From Bacillota bacterium (GTDB lineage Bacteria > Bacillota_I > Bacilli_A > RF39 > UBA660): DNA of 64,000 nucleotides. Shown here one piece after another: positions 9,985 to 19,086 of the stretch (within the stretch, counting starts at the first letter, position 1; each line of letters opens with the position of its first letter). The translations under genes and the position numbers were made by a program. The DNA is taken from assembly GCA_015059365.1 (NCBI GenBank), contig SVAO01000006.1, positions 3,065-67,064 on the forward strand, written 5' to 3'. The notes beneath the pieces were generated by a model. That model made no database searches. It saw nothing but the letters and a program-made list of their open reading frames with translations, and was not told where the DNA came from.

Positions 9985-10011
9985 AAGAGTATCTTAGGAT
10001 ATTCTTTTTTT
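9985..10011 (+). terminator. Rho-independent terminator after the HerA-like gene
   Basis: AAGAGTATC-ttag-GATATTCTT (one G-T pair) followed by a T-run. Confidence 0.65.
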
Positions 10012-10040
10012 GTATAAAAGGTAGAAAAGATTCCATAATA
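10012..10040 (+). promoter_or_regulatory. forespore (sigma-G/sigma-F type) promoter of the spoVA operon
   Basis: GTATA (10012-10016), 17 nt, CATAATA (10034-10040). This matches the recalled sigma-G consensus GHATR-N17/18-CATNHTA. The spoVA operon is sigma-G dependent in Bacillus subtilis. Confidence 0.55.
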
Positions 10041-10056
10041 CATTTAGGAGGATATT

Positions 10057-10497
10057 ATGGAAAAAAGTAAATATAAACAAATAGTAGATAAACATACTCC
10101 TCGGGAAAATAGATTATTTAATGCATTAATTTGTTTTTTTTCGGGTGGTATTATGGGAATTATTGGACAAGGGTTAATAGATTTATATTCTAATATTTTA
10201 GATATTCCTACGAAAGATGCTTCAGTATTTATGATTGTTACTCTTATTTTTATAGGGTGTTTACTTACATGTTTTGGTTGGTTTGATAAAATTGTTAATT
10301 TTTGTAAATGTGGACTTATTGTTCCTATTACAGGATTTGCTCATGCAATGATGAGTGCTGCACTTGAATATCGTAAAGAAGGAATGGTTACAGGGATAGG
10401 AGCAAATATGCTTAAACTTGCTGGTAGTGTCATAATTTTTGGAGTCGTTAGTGCCTGGTTTTTTGGCCTAATTAGATTATTTTTGATGGGTGCTTAA
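10057..10497 (+). CDS. spoVAC: stage V sporulation protein AC
   Basis: About 146-aa four-TM protein with SpoVAC-like NALICFFSGGIMGIIGQ and VPITGFAHAM segments. First gene of a spoVAC-AD-AEb triad. Confidence 0.88.
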   Translation: MEKSKYKQIVDKHTPRENRLFNALICFFSGGIMGIIGQGLIDLYSNILDIPTKDASVFMIVTLIFIGCLLTCFGWFDKIVNFCKCGLIVPITGFAHAMMSAALEYRKEGMVTGIGANMLKLAGSVIIFGVVSAWFFGLIRLFLMGA

Positions 10498-11486
10498 TGA
10501 CATTTAAATATAATAATGTATATTTGAATGAAGCAAGTACTGTAACTGGACCATATGAAGCAAATGGACCATTTAGTAAACTTTACGATAAGAGTTATGA
10601 TGATCTTTATTTTAATACTAAGACATGGGAACAGGCAGAAAGCAAGTTAATTGATGATAGTGTAGATATATTACTTGCTAAAATAGGTAAGACAAAATTT
10701 GATATTGATTTATTTATTTCTGGGGATTTGCTAAATCAAATAACTGCATCTAATTATGCTGCATCACGTTTAAAGATTCCATATATGGGTATTTATAGTG
10801 CTTGTGCAAGTAGTATGGAGGGTTTGATGATTGGTGCAAATATGGTGGATGCAAAACAAGTAAAAAATGTGATTGCGTCTGTTTCATCACATAATAATGG
10901 TGCTGAAAAACAATTTAGATATCCTGTTGAATATGGTGGACCAAAGAGAAAAACAACAACATTTACTACTACTGGAGGAGCTAGTGTATATTTATCTAGT
11001 GAGCAATCTCAAATTAGAATTGAAAGTGGTACGGTTGGAATTGTTGAAGATTTAGGTATAACTGATGTTTACAATATGGGAGCGGTTATGGCCCCAGCTG
11101 CTGCCAGTACAATTTTTAGGCATTTGTCTGATTTGAAAAGAGAAGTTGGATATTATGATTTAATTCTCACTGGTGATTTAGGAATCTGTGGGAAGAAAAT
11201 ATTAAAAGAATATATGAAAGTTGAATATAATATTGAATTAAATAATTATGATGATGCAGCATCTATGATATTTGATATTGAACATGAACCGGTTTATTCT
11301 GGCGGAAGTGGGCCTGCTTGTTTACCTTTAGTTGCATATAGTTATATTTTAGATGAGATGAAAAAAGGGAAGTTAAAACGTGTTTTGTTAGTTGCAACGG
11401 GAGCCTTAATGTCACCAACAACAGTTAATCAAAAAGAAACAATTCCAAGCATTGCACATGCGATTAGTTTGGAGGTATGTGAATGA
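10497..11486 (+). CDS. spoVAD: stage V sporulation protein AD (thiolase/KAS-III-like fold)
   Basis: 329 aa. GIYSACASS active-site-like motif. Position between spoVAC and spoVAEb, with start overlapping the spoVAC stop. Confidence 0.88.
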   Translation: MTFKYNNVYLNEASTVTGPYEANGPFSKLYDKSYDDLYFNTKTWEQAESKLIDDSVDILLAKIGKTKFDIDLFISGDLLNQITASNYAASRLKIPYMGIYSACASSMEGLMIGANMVDAKQVKNVIASVSSHNNGAEKQFRYPVEYGGPKRKTTTFTTTGGASVYLSSEQSQIRIESGTVGIVEDLGITDVYNMGAVMAPAAASTIFRHLSDLKREVGYYDLILTGDLGICGKKILKEYMKVEYNIELNNYDDAASMIFDIEHEPVYSGGSGPACLPLVAYSYILDEMKKGKLKRVLLVATGALMSPTTVNQKETIPSIAHAISLEVCE

Positions 11487-11833
11487 TATATTTAAATGCT
11501 TTTATATTTTGTGGTTTGGTATGTGTCTTAGGACAAATTATTTTGGATAATACGAAACTTACACCTGGGCATGTTACAACGATGTTCGTAGTATTAGGAG
11601 CATTTCTAGATACTTTTAATATTTATGATAAAATTATTCTTTGGGCTGGTGGAGGAGCGTTAGTTCCGATTACTAGTTTTGGGCATTTGCTTATTCATGG
11701 AGCTATGGCGGGTGCTTATGATTATGGGTTTATGGGACTATTTATGGGGATTTTTGATCTTACTGCTTCAGGAATTGCTTCTGCTATTATTTTCTCATTT
11801 GTTTTAAGTTTAATTTTTAAGCCTAGGGATTAG
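11483..11833 (+). CDS. spoVAEB: stage V sporulation protein AE (SpoVAEb)
   Basis: 116-aa membrane protein paralogous to SpoVAC (VPITSFGHLL). ATGA overlap with spoVAD. Confidence 0.85.
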   Translation: MIYLNAFIFCGLVCVLGQIILDNTKLTPGHVTTMFVVLGAFLDTFNIYDKIILWAGGGALVPITSFGHLLIHGAMAGAYDYGFMGLFMGIFDLTASGIASAIIFSFVLSLIFKPRD

Positions 11834-11842
11834 GCTTTTTTT
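11820..11842 (+). terminator. Rho-independent terminator of the spoVA operon
   Basis: AGCCTA-gggat-TAGGCT followed by TTTTTT. Overlaps the stop codon. Confidence 0.65.
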
Positions 11843-11890
11843 CTTGATTTTGAATGGTAGATGTGCTATTATCATTACGGAAGTGATGTT

Positions 11891-13309
11891 ATGAATTTAC
11901 CAAACTTATTAGAAGCAAAAAAAAGAAGTAGTAAACAAGTTTTAATTAAAACTAATGAATATATAATTACTGAAAATTTAAAGAAAATTGGTGCTGGGAA
12001 AAAGTATTTTGTCAAGACTTATGGCTGTCAGATGAATGAACATGATACAGAAAATATTAAAGCGATATTAGAAGATATGAGTTTTATGGAAGCTGATATT
12101 ATGGAAGATGCAGATATTATTTTATTGAATACATGTGCTATACGTGAAAATGCACATAACAAAGTTTTCGGAATGGTAGGAAGAATAAAACATCTTAAAC
12201 AAACAAAACCTGATTTAATTGTTGGAATTTGTGGATGTATGGCTCAAGAAGAACATATTGTAGAGGAAATATTACAAAAATATAGATGGTTAGATGTAGT
12301 TTTTGGTACCCATAATATTCATGAATTGCCTAGGATATTAAATGAATCATTAAATAAACAAAAAATAGAAATAGATGTACAAAGTATTGAAGGCGATGTT
12401 ATTGAAAATATTCCAGTAAAACGCGAGAGTAAGTATAAAGCTTGGGTTAATATAATGTATGGGTGTGATAAGTTCTGTACATATTGTATAGTGCCATATA
12501 CACGTGGAAAACAACGCAGTCGTACACCTGAATTTATACTTAATGAGGTAAATGAATTAGTAAGCAGAGGATATAAGGAAGTTACTTTGTTAGGGCAAAA
12601 TGTTAATGCGTATGGTAAAGATTTAAATATTGATTATGGTATGGCTGATTTACTTAAAGATGTTGCAGAAACTAAGATTGAAAGAGTTAGATTTGTAACT
12701 AGTCATCCTTGGGATTTTACAGATGAAATGATTGATACTATCGCAAAATATAAAAATATTATGCCTTATATACATTTACCTCTTCAATCGGGTTCGTCTG
12801 ATATATTAAAGAAAATGGGAAGACGTTATACCAAAGAAAAATATTTGGAATTATTTAATAAAATAAAAACTAAAATACCAAACTGTGCAATTACAACAGA
12901 TATAATAGTGGGCTTCCCTAATGAAACAGATGCAGATTTTAACGAAACATTGGATGTTGTAAATCAATGCAAATTCGATTCGGCTTTTACTTTTATCTTT
13001 TCTCCAAGAGTTGGGACACCTGCTGCTAAAATGGAAGATGGTATTTCGATAGAAACAAAAGAAATTCGACTTCAAGAATTAAATAAATTAATTAATAAAT
13101 ATTCAAAAGAGGCAAACGATAAATATTTAGGTAAAATTGTTCCGGTACTTATAGAAGGATATAGTGAGAAGGATAAGGATATGCTTATGGGATATACTGA
13201 TACTATGAAACTAGTAAATGTTAGTGGAAACAAAACAATGTTAGGACAAATTGTTGATATAAAAATAACAGATGTTAAGACTTGGAGCATGGATGGCGAA
13301 ATTATTTAA
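11891..13309 (+). CDS. miaB: tRNA-2-methylthio-N6-dimethylallyladenosine synthase MiaB (radical SAM methylthiotransferase)
   Basis: UPF0004 N-domain cysteines (YGCQMN, NTCAIRE, GCMAQ). Radical-SAM CDKFCTYC. C-terminal TRAM domain. Start set at the ATG at 11891. Confidence 0.9.
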   Translation: MNLPNLLEAKKRSSKQVLIKTNEYIITENLKKIGAGKKYFVKTYGCQMNEHDTENIKAILEDMSFMEADIMEDADIILLNTCAIRENAHNKVFGMVGRIKHLKQTKPDLIVGICGCMAQEEHIVEEILQKYRWLDVVFGTHNIHELPRILNESLNKQKIEIDVQSIEGDVIENIPVKRESKYKAWVNIMYGCDKFCTYCIVPYTRGKQRSRTPEFILNEVNELVSRGYKEVTLLGQNVNAYGKDLNIDYGMADLLKDVAETKIERVRFVTSHPWDFTDEMIDTIAKYKNIMPYIHLPLQSGSSDILKKMGRRYTKEKYLELFNKIKTKIPNCAITTDIIVGFPNETDADFNETLDVVNQCKFDSAFTFIFSPRVGTPAAKMEDGISIETKEIRLQELNKLINKYSKEANDKYLGKIVPVLIEGYSEKDKDMLMGYTDTMKLVNVSGNKTMLGQIVDIKITDVKTWSMDGEII

Positions 13310-13353
13310 AGGAGTGTTAAACTCTTTTTTTTGTACACTTTTCCTAATTTTGG

Positions 13354-13361
13354 CATACATT
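13354..13361 (+). promoter_or_regulatory. sigma-E type -10 element upstream of cotE
   Basis: CATACATT matches the recalled mother-cell sigma-E -10 consensus CATACAnT exactly. It lies 18 nt upstream of the cotE ATG. The -35 region is only a weak match. Confidence 0.4.
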
Positions 13362-13379
13362 AAAGTGAGGGGTGATTAT

Positions 13380-13916
13380 ATGGCAGCATATAAAGAAATA
13401 GTTACAAAAGCCATCATTGGAAAAGGGAAAAAGTATTTTAAAAATAACTATAGTATTTCAGTAAGTGACAATCCTACCACTGTTTTGGGATGTTGGGTTA
13501 TAAATCATAAGTTTAAAGGATATAAATCGGGAGAAAAAATAGGTGTTGATGGTTCATATGATGTAAATATTTGGTATTCTTATGAAAATGATTCCAAAAC
13601 TACGGTAGTTAATAAGAAAGTTGATTATAACGATATTTTTAATGTAAAAATAAAAGAAAATGCTGATTTAACTGGTGATACTGATATTATTGTTAGGACT
13701 TTAAAACAACCAACTTGTTCTAAGGTTAATATTGAAGAAGATGGAACAATTAGTTTTGTTATTGAAAAAGAATTGGGTGTTGAAATAGTGGGGGAAACAA
13801 AAATGAAGATTGCTATTGAAGAAGATGAGGAACCTTGGGATGAAATTGATGACGAGGTAACAGATGACGATTTAAAGAATATAGATGAAAATATAAATGA
13901 TAATTATATAGAGTAA
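13380..13916 (+). CDS. cotE: outer spore coat morphogenetic protein CotE
   Basis: MAAYKEIVTKAIIGKGKKYF...LGCWVINHKF...YDVNIWYSYENDSKT...GETKMKI plus an acidic tail aligns along its length with B. subtilis CotE as I recall it. miaB-cotE adjacency matches Bacillus. The longer ORF from 13272 overlaps miaB and crosses a terminator. Confidence 0.88.
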   Translation: MAAYKEIVTKAIIGKGKKYFKNNYSISVSDNPTTVLGCWVINHKFKGYKSGEKIGVDGSYDVNIWYSYENDSKTTVVNKKVDYNDIFNVKIKENADLTGDTDIIVRTLKQPTCSKVNIEEDGTISFVIEKELGVEIVGETKMKIAIEEDEEPWDEIDDEVTDDDLKNIDENINDNYIE

Positions 13917-13936
13917 GCACTGTTTAGTGCTTTTTT
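13915..13936 (+). terminator. Rho-independent terminator after cotE
   Basis: AAGCAC-tgttta-GTGCTT followed by TTTT. Confidence 0.65.
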
Positions 13937-14010
13937 GTTTTTTTATGACAAAAAAATAATTTTGAAAAAATGTTTAAAATGTAAAACACAAAAAGTTTTC
14001 AAAAAAAACA

Positions 14011-14039
14011 TTGACATAGTGCCCCTTGTTTGCTATGAT
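14011..14039 (+). promoter_or_regulatory. sigma-A promoter of the nrd operon
   Basis: TTGACA (14011-14016), 17 nt, TATGAT (14034-14039) with an upstream TG (TGCTATGAT). Confidence 0.6.
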
Positions 14040-14068
14040 GGTGTTAACATAAAGATAGGAGGTTAAAC

Positions 14069-16033
14069 GTGGAAGAAAAGAATATATTAAAGAATCTTAC
14101 TGTTGTAAAAAGAAGTGGTCAAAGAGTAGAATTTAATAGTACAAAAATAGTAGTAGCAATAAAAAAAGCGTTTGATCAAGTAATACCTCTTAACTCAGAA
14201 AAACAAATAAATAAAACATATGAAGATGTTTTAAATTATATTAACAATAATTATATTGATAGAAAAACAATAAATGTTGAGGATATTCAAGATATTATAG
14301 AAAATAAATTAAAAGAAAATGGCTATTATGATGTTTATACTGCATTTAGTGATTATCGAATAAGAAGAGCCAATTCTAGAAAAATGTTTGAAATTAAACA
14401 GCAACACAAATTTGCAAAAGCAATAGAGAGACTTGCTGATAATAGCAGGGAATATTCAGGATTAACGCCAAATGATATTTTGTTGGATTTTGGAAAAACG
14501 ATTTCTTGTGAATATACTAAAGCTTTTGTTTTAGATAATAAATTTGTACGAGCCCATGAAGAGGGAAATATATATATTCACAATTTAGATTATTTTAATT
14601 TAGGTAAACTTTCTTCTACGCATCTTATTTTTGATAATGATGTTGATGAAACGTTTCCAAGCAATTTGATTTTTGATGCGATTAATGCGAAATGTGAGAT
14701 AGATGGAGAAGTTAGTATTGATGCGATTGATTATTTATTGGTTCCTTTTTTAAATAGAAAATTTAAAGAAAGATTTAAGGAGAATTTATTTCATTATTTA
14801 GAGATTGCTGATGTTATAGAATATATCAATTTTAAAAAAGTCGAAGAATTAATTGATAAACAAACTAGTATTTATTTTAGTGAATATTTATTTGAATCTT
14901 TTACACTTAATAAAAAGGTGGAAGATGTATTTAAAAAAGCTTATCAAAATAGTATAAATTATATGTCACAGTTGATAACACAAGCGTTGGAAACTTTGGT
15001 TTTAAAATTAAATGATAATCATCAAGAAAATAAAAAATATTCAATTAGTCTTGGTACTAATAACACTAAAGATGGTTTATTTATAATTAATTGTTATTTA
15101 GATGTTATTGGTAGAATAGAAAGACTTGATAATGTTGTTACTATTTTAAAGGTAAGAGGAGAAGAAGTTTTATCTGATTTAGCAGTAAGTCTTATAACAA
15201 CTGGCAAAAATATTGCTGTTTCATTTGTAGATTCTAGTTATAATGAAAATCCAAAATCTTCTGTAGAATATTTTAGTAATGGAAAAAGGGTGTTTGAAAA
15301 CTATGTTTATGAAGAAAAAACATCTAAAGGAAGAATGGTGGTAGCATCTGTTTCTATTAATATGGGGAGATTGGGATTTAAATATGAAAATAGGCAATTA
15401 CAAGAATTTTATTTAGAATTAGATGAACTGTTAGAATTGTCAAAAGGTTGTTTAACTACTATTTTTGAAATAATCGGTGATAAAAACAAAGAAAATTATA
15501 AAGTACTATTTAATAATAATATTCAAGATGATGATAAGTTAGAATATGGTCAAAAGATTCGAAAAATAATAAAAAAAGGTGTTTTAAATTTGGAACTAGC
15601 AGGTTTATCAGAGTGTGTTGCCAATTTAGAAAATGATTCGAAAAAACAAAAAGATTTATTATTAGAAATCATTGATTATGTAAATTGCAAGTGTCAAAAA
15701 TATACTACTGAAACTAAAATGAATTTTATTGTAAGTGAAACGAGTAAACATAGACCATTAAAGAAACTAATGGAATTAGATAAAGCTATTTATGGTATAC
15801 GAAAAAGAATTACTGACAAAGAACGTTATTCTAGAATTGATAGTTTATTTGATTTTAAAACTTCTATAGATGAAGACTTAAAATACATAGGTAAATATCA
15901 AAAATTATTAACTGGTGGCAATTTGGTAAAAATAGAATTATCTAAAAATGTTAAAGTAAAGGAAATATTAAATTTAATTAATTTAGCTAAAGAAAATGAT
16001 GTTGGATTTATTAAATTTGAATTAAAAAAATAA
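14069..16033 (+). CDS. NrdD-like protein with ATP-cone but no glycyl-radical/Zn-ribbon C-terminus (predicted catalytically inactive paralog)
   Basis: GTG start after AGGAGG. ATP-cone VVKRSGQRVEFNSTKIVVAIKKAF. Collinear similarity to the downstream NrdD (AHEEGNIYIHNLDYF vs AHRNCDLHLHDLSML; LTGGNLVKIEL vs YTSGTVFHAFL). It ends where NrdD continues with CxxxG...CPKC...RITGYY. Confidence 0.7.
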   Translation: MEEKNILKNLTVVKRSGQRVEFNSTKIVVAIKKAFDQVIPLNSEKQINKTYEDVLNYINNNYIDRKTINVEDIQDIIENKLKENGYYDVYTAFSDYRIRRANSRKMFEIKQQHKFAKAIERLADNSREYSGLTPNDILLDFGKTISCEYTKAFVLDNKFVRAHEEGNIYIHNLDYFNLGKLSSTHLIFDNDVDETFPSNLIFDAINAKCEIDGEVSIDAIDYLLVPFLNRKFKERFKENLFHYLEIADVIEYINFKKVEELIDKQTSIYFSEYLFESFTLNKKVEDVFKKAYQNSINYMSQLITQALETLVLKLNDNHQENKKYSISLGTNNTKDGLFIINCYLDVIGRIERLDNVVTILKVRGEEVLSDLAVSLITTGKNIAVSFVDSSYNENPKSSVEYFSNGKRVFENYVYEEKTSKGRMVVASVSINMGRLGFKYENRQLQEFYLELDELLELSKGCLTTIFEIIGDKNKENYKVLFNNNIQDDDKLEYGQKIRKIIKKGVLNLELAGLSECVANLENDSKKQKDLLLEIIDYVNCKCQKYTTETKMNFIVSETSKHRPLKKLMELDKAIYGIRKRITDKERYSRIDSLFDFKTSIDEDLKYIGKYQKLLTGGNLVKIELSKNVKVKEILNLINLAKENDVGFIKFELKK

Positions 16034-16035
16034 TT

Positions 16036-16728
16036 ATGGTAATTAGTGGTTTTCAAAAATTAACTTTAGTTGATTATCCGGAGCATATAGCATGTTTAGT
16101 TTTTACTCAGGGTTGTAATTTAAGATGTCCGTTTTGCCATAATAAAGATTTAGTTTGTAGTATGAACAATACGAATCAGATAGATGAGGATGTTATTTTT
16201 AGATATCTTGATAAAAGAAAAGGTTTAATAGATGGTGTGTGTGTTAGTGGGGGAGAACCATTATTACAAAAAGATATAATATCATTTATTAAGAAAATAA
16301 AAGAAAAGGGGTATAAAGTAAAACTTGATACTAATGGTACTAAACCATTGGTGTTAAAAAGATTGCTTGATGAAAATTTGGTTGATTATGTAGCAATGGA
16401 TGTCAAAAATTCATTTGAGGGTTATGACAAAGTGGCAGGCATAGAAAACGTTTGTGTTGATAATATAAAATTAAGTATCGAATTATTAAAAGATTCAAAG
16501 ATTAATTATGAATTTAGAACTACAGTGGTAAAAGAATTACATAATTTTGATAATATAAGTAAAATTTGTAAGTATTTGGGGAAGAATGTCAAATATTATC
16601 TTCAAAATTATCGTGATTGTGAGACAGTATTGGTAAAAGGTTTTCATAGTTTTTCTAAAGAAGAAATCATAGAAATAAAAAATAAATTAATAAAAGATTA
16701 TCCTAATATAAGTATTAGAGGTATATAG
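16036..16728 (+). CDS. nrdG: anaerobic ribonucleoside-triphosphate reductase activating protein (radical SAM)
   Basis: CNLRCPFCHN (CxxxCxxC) cluster motif, GGEPLL. Lies between two NrdD-type genes. Confidence 0.88.
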   Translation: MVISGFQKLTLVDYPEHIACLVFTQGCNLRCPFCHNKDLVCSMNNTNQIDEDVIFRYLDKRKGLIDGVCVSGGEPLLQKDIISFIKKIKEKGYKVKLDTNGTKPLVLKRLLDENLVDYVAMDVKNSFEGYDKVAGIENVCVDNIKLSIELLKDSKINYEFRTTVVKELHNFDNISKICKYLGKNVKYYLQNYRDCETVLVKGFHSFSKEEIIEIKNKLIKDYPNISIRGI

Positions 16729-16746
16729 TAGAAAGTAGGTAAAAAT

Positions 16747-19077
16747 ATGTATAAGGTAAGAAAAAGAGAAGGAAAAATAGTTCCATTTGATATTAAAAAA
16801 ATAACAGACGCAATTACAAAAGCATTTGAGGCAGAAAACAAAAAGTTTGATGAAGGAGTAATTGATTTTTTAGCATTAAAAGTTACAGCTGATTTTGAAC
16901 CAAAAATCAAAGAAAACATTATTAATGTGGAAGATATTCAAGATAGTGTTGAAAGTGTATTAATTAAAGCAGGATATGCTGAGGTTGCTAAAGCATATAT
17001 TTTATATCGTCGTCTTCATGATAAAATGAGAAATATGAAATCAACTGTTTTAGATTATAAAGAGGTTGTTAATAGTTATGTTAATGTAACAGATTGGAGG
17101 GTTAAAGAAAATTCTACTGTTACATATTCTGTTGGAGGACTTATTTTAAGTAACTCTGGAGCGATTACGGCTAATTATTGGTTAAGCGAAGTTTATGATG
17201 ATGAAATTGCTGATGCTCATCGTAATTGTGATTTGCATTTGCATGATTTATCAATGTTAACTGGTTATTGTGCAGGATGGAGTTTAAAACAATTAATTCA
17301 AGAAGGATTAGGAGGAATTCCAGGAAAGATTACATCATCACCGGCTAAACATTTATCAACTTTATGTAATCAAATGGTAAATTTCTTAGGTATTATGCAA
17401 AATGAATGGGCAGGGGCACAAGCTTTTTCATCATTTGATACTTATTTAGCACCGTTTGTTAAAATTGATAATCTAGATTATAAACAAACAAAACAATGTA
17501 TTCAATCATTTGTTTATGGTGTTAATACACCAAGTCGTTGGGGAACACAAGCACCGTTTACAAATATCACTTTAGATTGGACTGTACCAAATGATCTTGC
17601 AGAACTTAATTGTATTGTTGGTGGTAAGGAAGTAGATTTTAAATATAAAGATTGTCAAAAAGAAATGGATATGATTAATAAAGCGTTTATTGAAACGATG
17701 ATTGAAGGGGATGCAAATGGGCGTGGATTCCAATACCCAATTCCTACTTATTCAATTACTAAAAATTTTGATTGGTCTGAAAATGAAAATAATAAATTAT
17801 TATTTGAAATGACTGCAAAATACGGTACTCCATATTTTTCAAATTATATTAATAGTGATATGGAACCTAGTGATGTTCGTAGTATGTGTTGTCGTTTAAG
17901 ACTTGATTTGAGAGAACTTAGAAAAAAATCTGGAGGTTTCTTTGGAAGTGGAGAATCTACTGGTTCAATTGGTGTTGTTACCATTAACATTCCACGTATT
18001 GCTTATTTAGCAAAATCAGAAAAAGAATTCTATACTATATTAGAACAGAAAATGAATATTGCAGCACGTAGTTTGAAAATTAAAAGAAATGTTATTACTA
18101 AGTTATTGAATGAGGGGTTGTATCCTTATACAAAAAGATATTTAGGTTCATTTAATAACCACTTTTCTACAATTGGTTTAGTTGGTATGAATGAAGCTTG
18201 CTTGAATGCTGATTGGGTAAAATGTGATTTAACCCATGAAGAAGCACAGGAGTTTACTAAAGATGTACTTAATTTCATGCGTGAGAAGTTATCAGATTAT
18301 CAAGAAGAATATGGTGATTTATATAACTTAGAAGCAACACCAGCAGAATCTACAACATATCGCTTTGCTAAAAAAGATAAAAATTTATATCCTGATATTA
18401 TTACAGCTGCTGAAAATGATGAGACACCTTTCTATACTAATAGTTCGCATTTGCCAGTAGGATATACAGAAGATATATATGAAGCATTAGATATTCAAGA
18501 TGAATTACAAACATTATATACATCAGGTACTGTATTCCATGCATTCTTAGGAGAAAGATTAGAAGATTGGAAAGCTGCTGCAAATTTAGTAAGAAAAATT
18601 GCTGAAAATTATCGTTTACCATATTATACACTTTCACCTATTTATTCAGTTTGTAAAAATCATGGATATATTGCTGGTGAAGTTAGTAAGTGTCCAAAAT
18701 GTAATGAAGAAACTGAAATATATAGTAGAATAACTGGATATTATCGTCCTGTTAAAAACTGGAATGATGGTAAAGCCCAAGAATATAAAAAGAGAAAATC
18801 ATATGATTTAAATTGTTCAAAGGGAAAAGAGAAAAAAATAGAAAATGGAATATTATTATTTGGGACTAAGACATGTCCAAATTGCAAGGCGGCAGGAAAA
18901 TTATTAGATAAAGCTAATCTTGAATATAAATTTGTTGATGCTGAGGAACAAGTTGAATTAACTAAGAATTTTAATGTTAAACAAGCTCCAACATTAGTGG
19001 TGGTACAAGATGATAATTTTGAGAGTATTGTTAATTTGTCTAACATAAAAAAGTTTATAGAGGAAAATAAAAAATAG
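16747..19077 (+). CDS. nrdD: anaerobic ribonucleoside-triphosphate reductase NrdD with C-terminal thioredoxin-fold (CPNC) domain
   Basis: ATP-cone, SMCCRLRLD active-site region, Zn-ribbon CKNHGY...CPKC, glycyl-radical motif SRITGYYRPV. An extra roughly 85 aa follows with LLFGTKTCPNCKAAGKLL...APTLVVV. Confidence 0.92.
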   Translation: MYKVRKREGKIVPFDIKKITDAITKAFEAENKKFDEGVIDFLALKVTADFEPKIKENIINVEDIQDSVESVLIKAGYAEVAKAYILYRRLHDKMRNMKSTVLDYKEVVNSYVNVTDWRVKENSTVTYSVGGLILSNSGAITANYWLSEVYDDEIADAHRNCDLHLHDLSMLTGYCAGWSLKQLIQEGLGGIPGKITSSPAKHLSTLCNQMVNFLGIMQNEWAGAQAFSSFDTYLAPFVKIDNLDYKQTKQCIQSFVYGVNTPSRWGTQAPFTNITLDWTVPNDLAELNCIVGGKEVDFKYKDCQKEMDMINKAFIETMIEGDANGRGFQYPIPTYSITKNFDWSENENNKLLFEMTAKYGTPYFSNYINSDMEPSDVRSMCCRLRLDLRELRKKSGGFFGSGESTGSIGVVTINIPRIAYLAKSEKEFYTILEQKMNIAARSLKIKRNVITKLLNEGLYPYTKRYLGSFNNHFSTIGLVGMNEACLNADWVKCDLTHEEAQEFTKDVLNFMREKLSDYQEEYGDLYNLEATPAESTTYRFAKKDKNLYPDIITAAENDETPFYTNSSHLPVGYTEDIYEALDIQDELQTLYTSGTVFHAFLGERLEDWKAAANLVRKIAENYRLPYYTLSPIYSVCKNHGYIAGEVSKCPKCNEETEIYSRITGYYRPVKNWNDGKAQEYKKRKSYDLNCSKGKEKKIENGILLFGTKTCPNCKAAGKLLDKANLEYKFVDAEEQVELTKNFNVKQAPTLVVVQDDNFESIVNLSNIKKFIEENKK

Positions 19078-19086
19078 GTAATTGTT

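Noticed and set aside
10873-11055. 60-aa plus-strand ORF inside spoVAD, and the similar internal ORF at 41005-41211 inside sigE
   Set aside because: These are alternative frames within motif-verified genes, with no SD, so they are spurious.
13272-13379. N-terminal extensions suggested by the ORF track (13272 for cotE, 28761 for rpsB, 40174 for spoIIGA, 31473 for murG, 6039 for tspO, 11861 for miaB)
   Set aside because: The extensions overlap upstream genes or run through terminator hairpins, and they lack SD sequences. Internal starts with good SDs reproduce the canonical N-termini of the respective families.
13937-14010. Search for NrdR boxes upstream of the nrd operon (for example the AAAAC-N7-GTTTT palindrome at ~13984-14000)
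   Set aside because: There is no good match to the 16-bp NrdR box consensus (acaCwAtATaTwGtgt) and no tandem pair with the expected ~31-32-bp spacing. Only a generic A/T palindrome is present.
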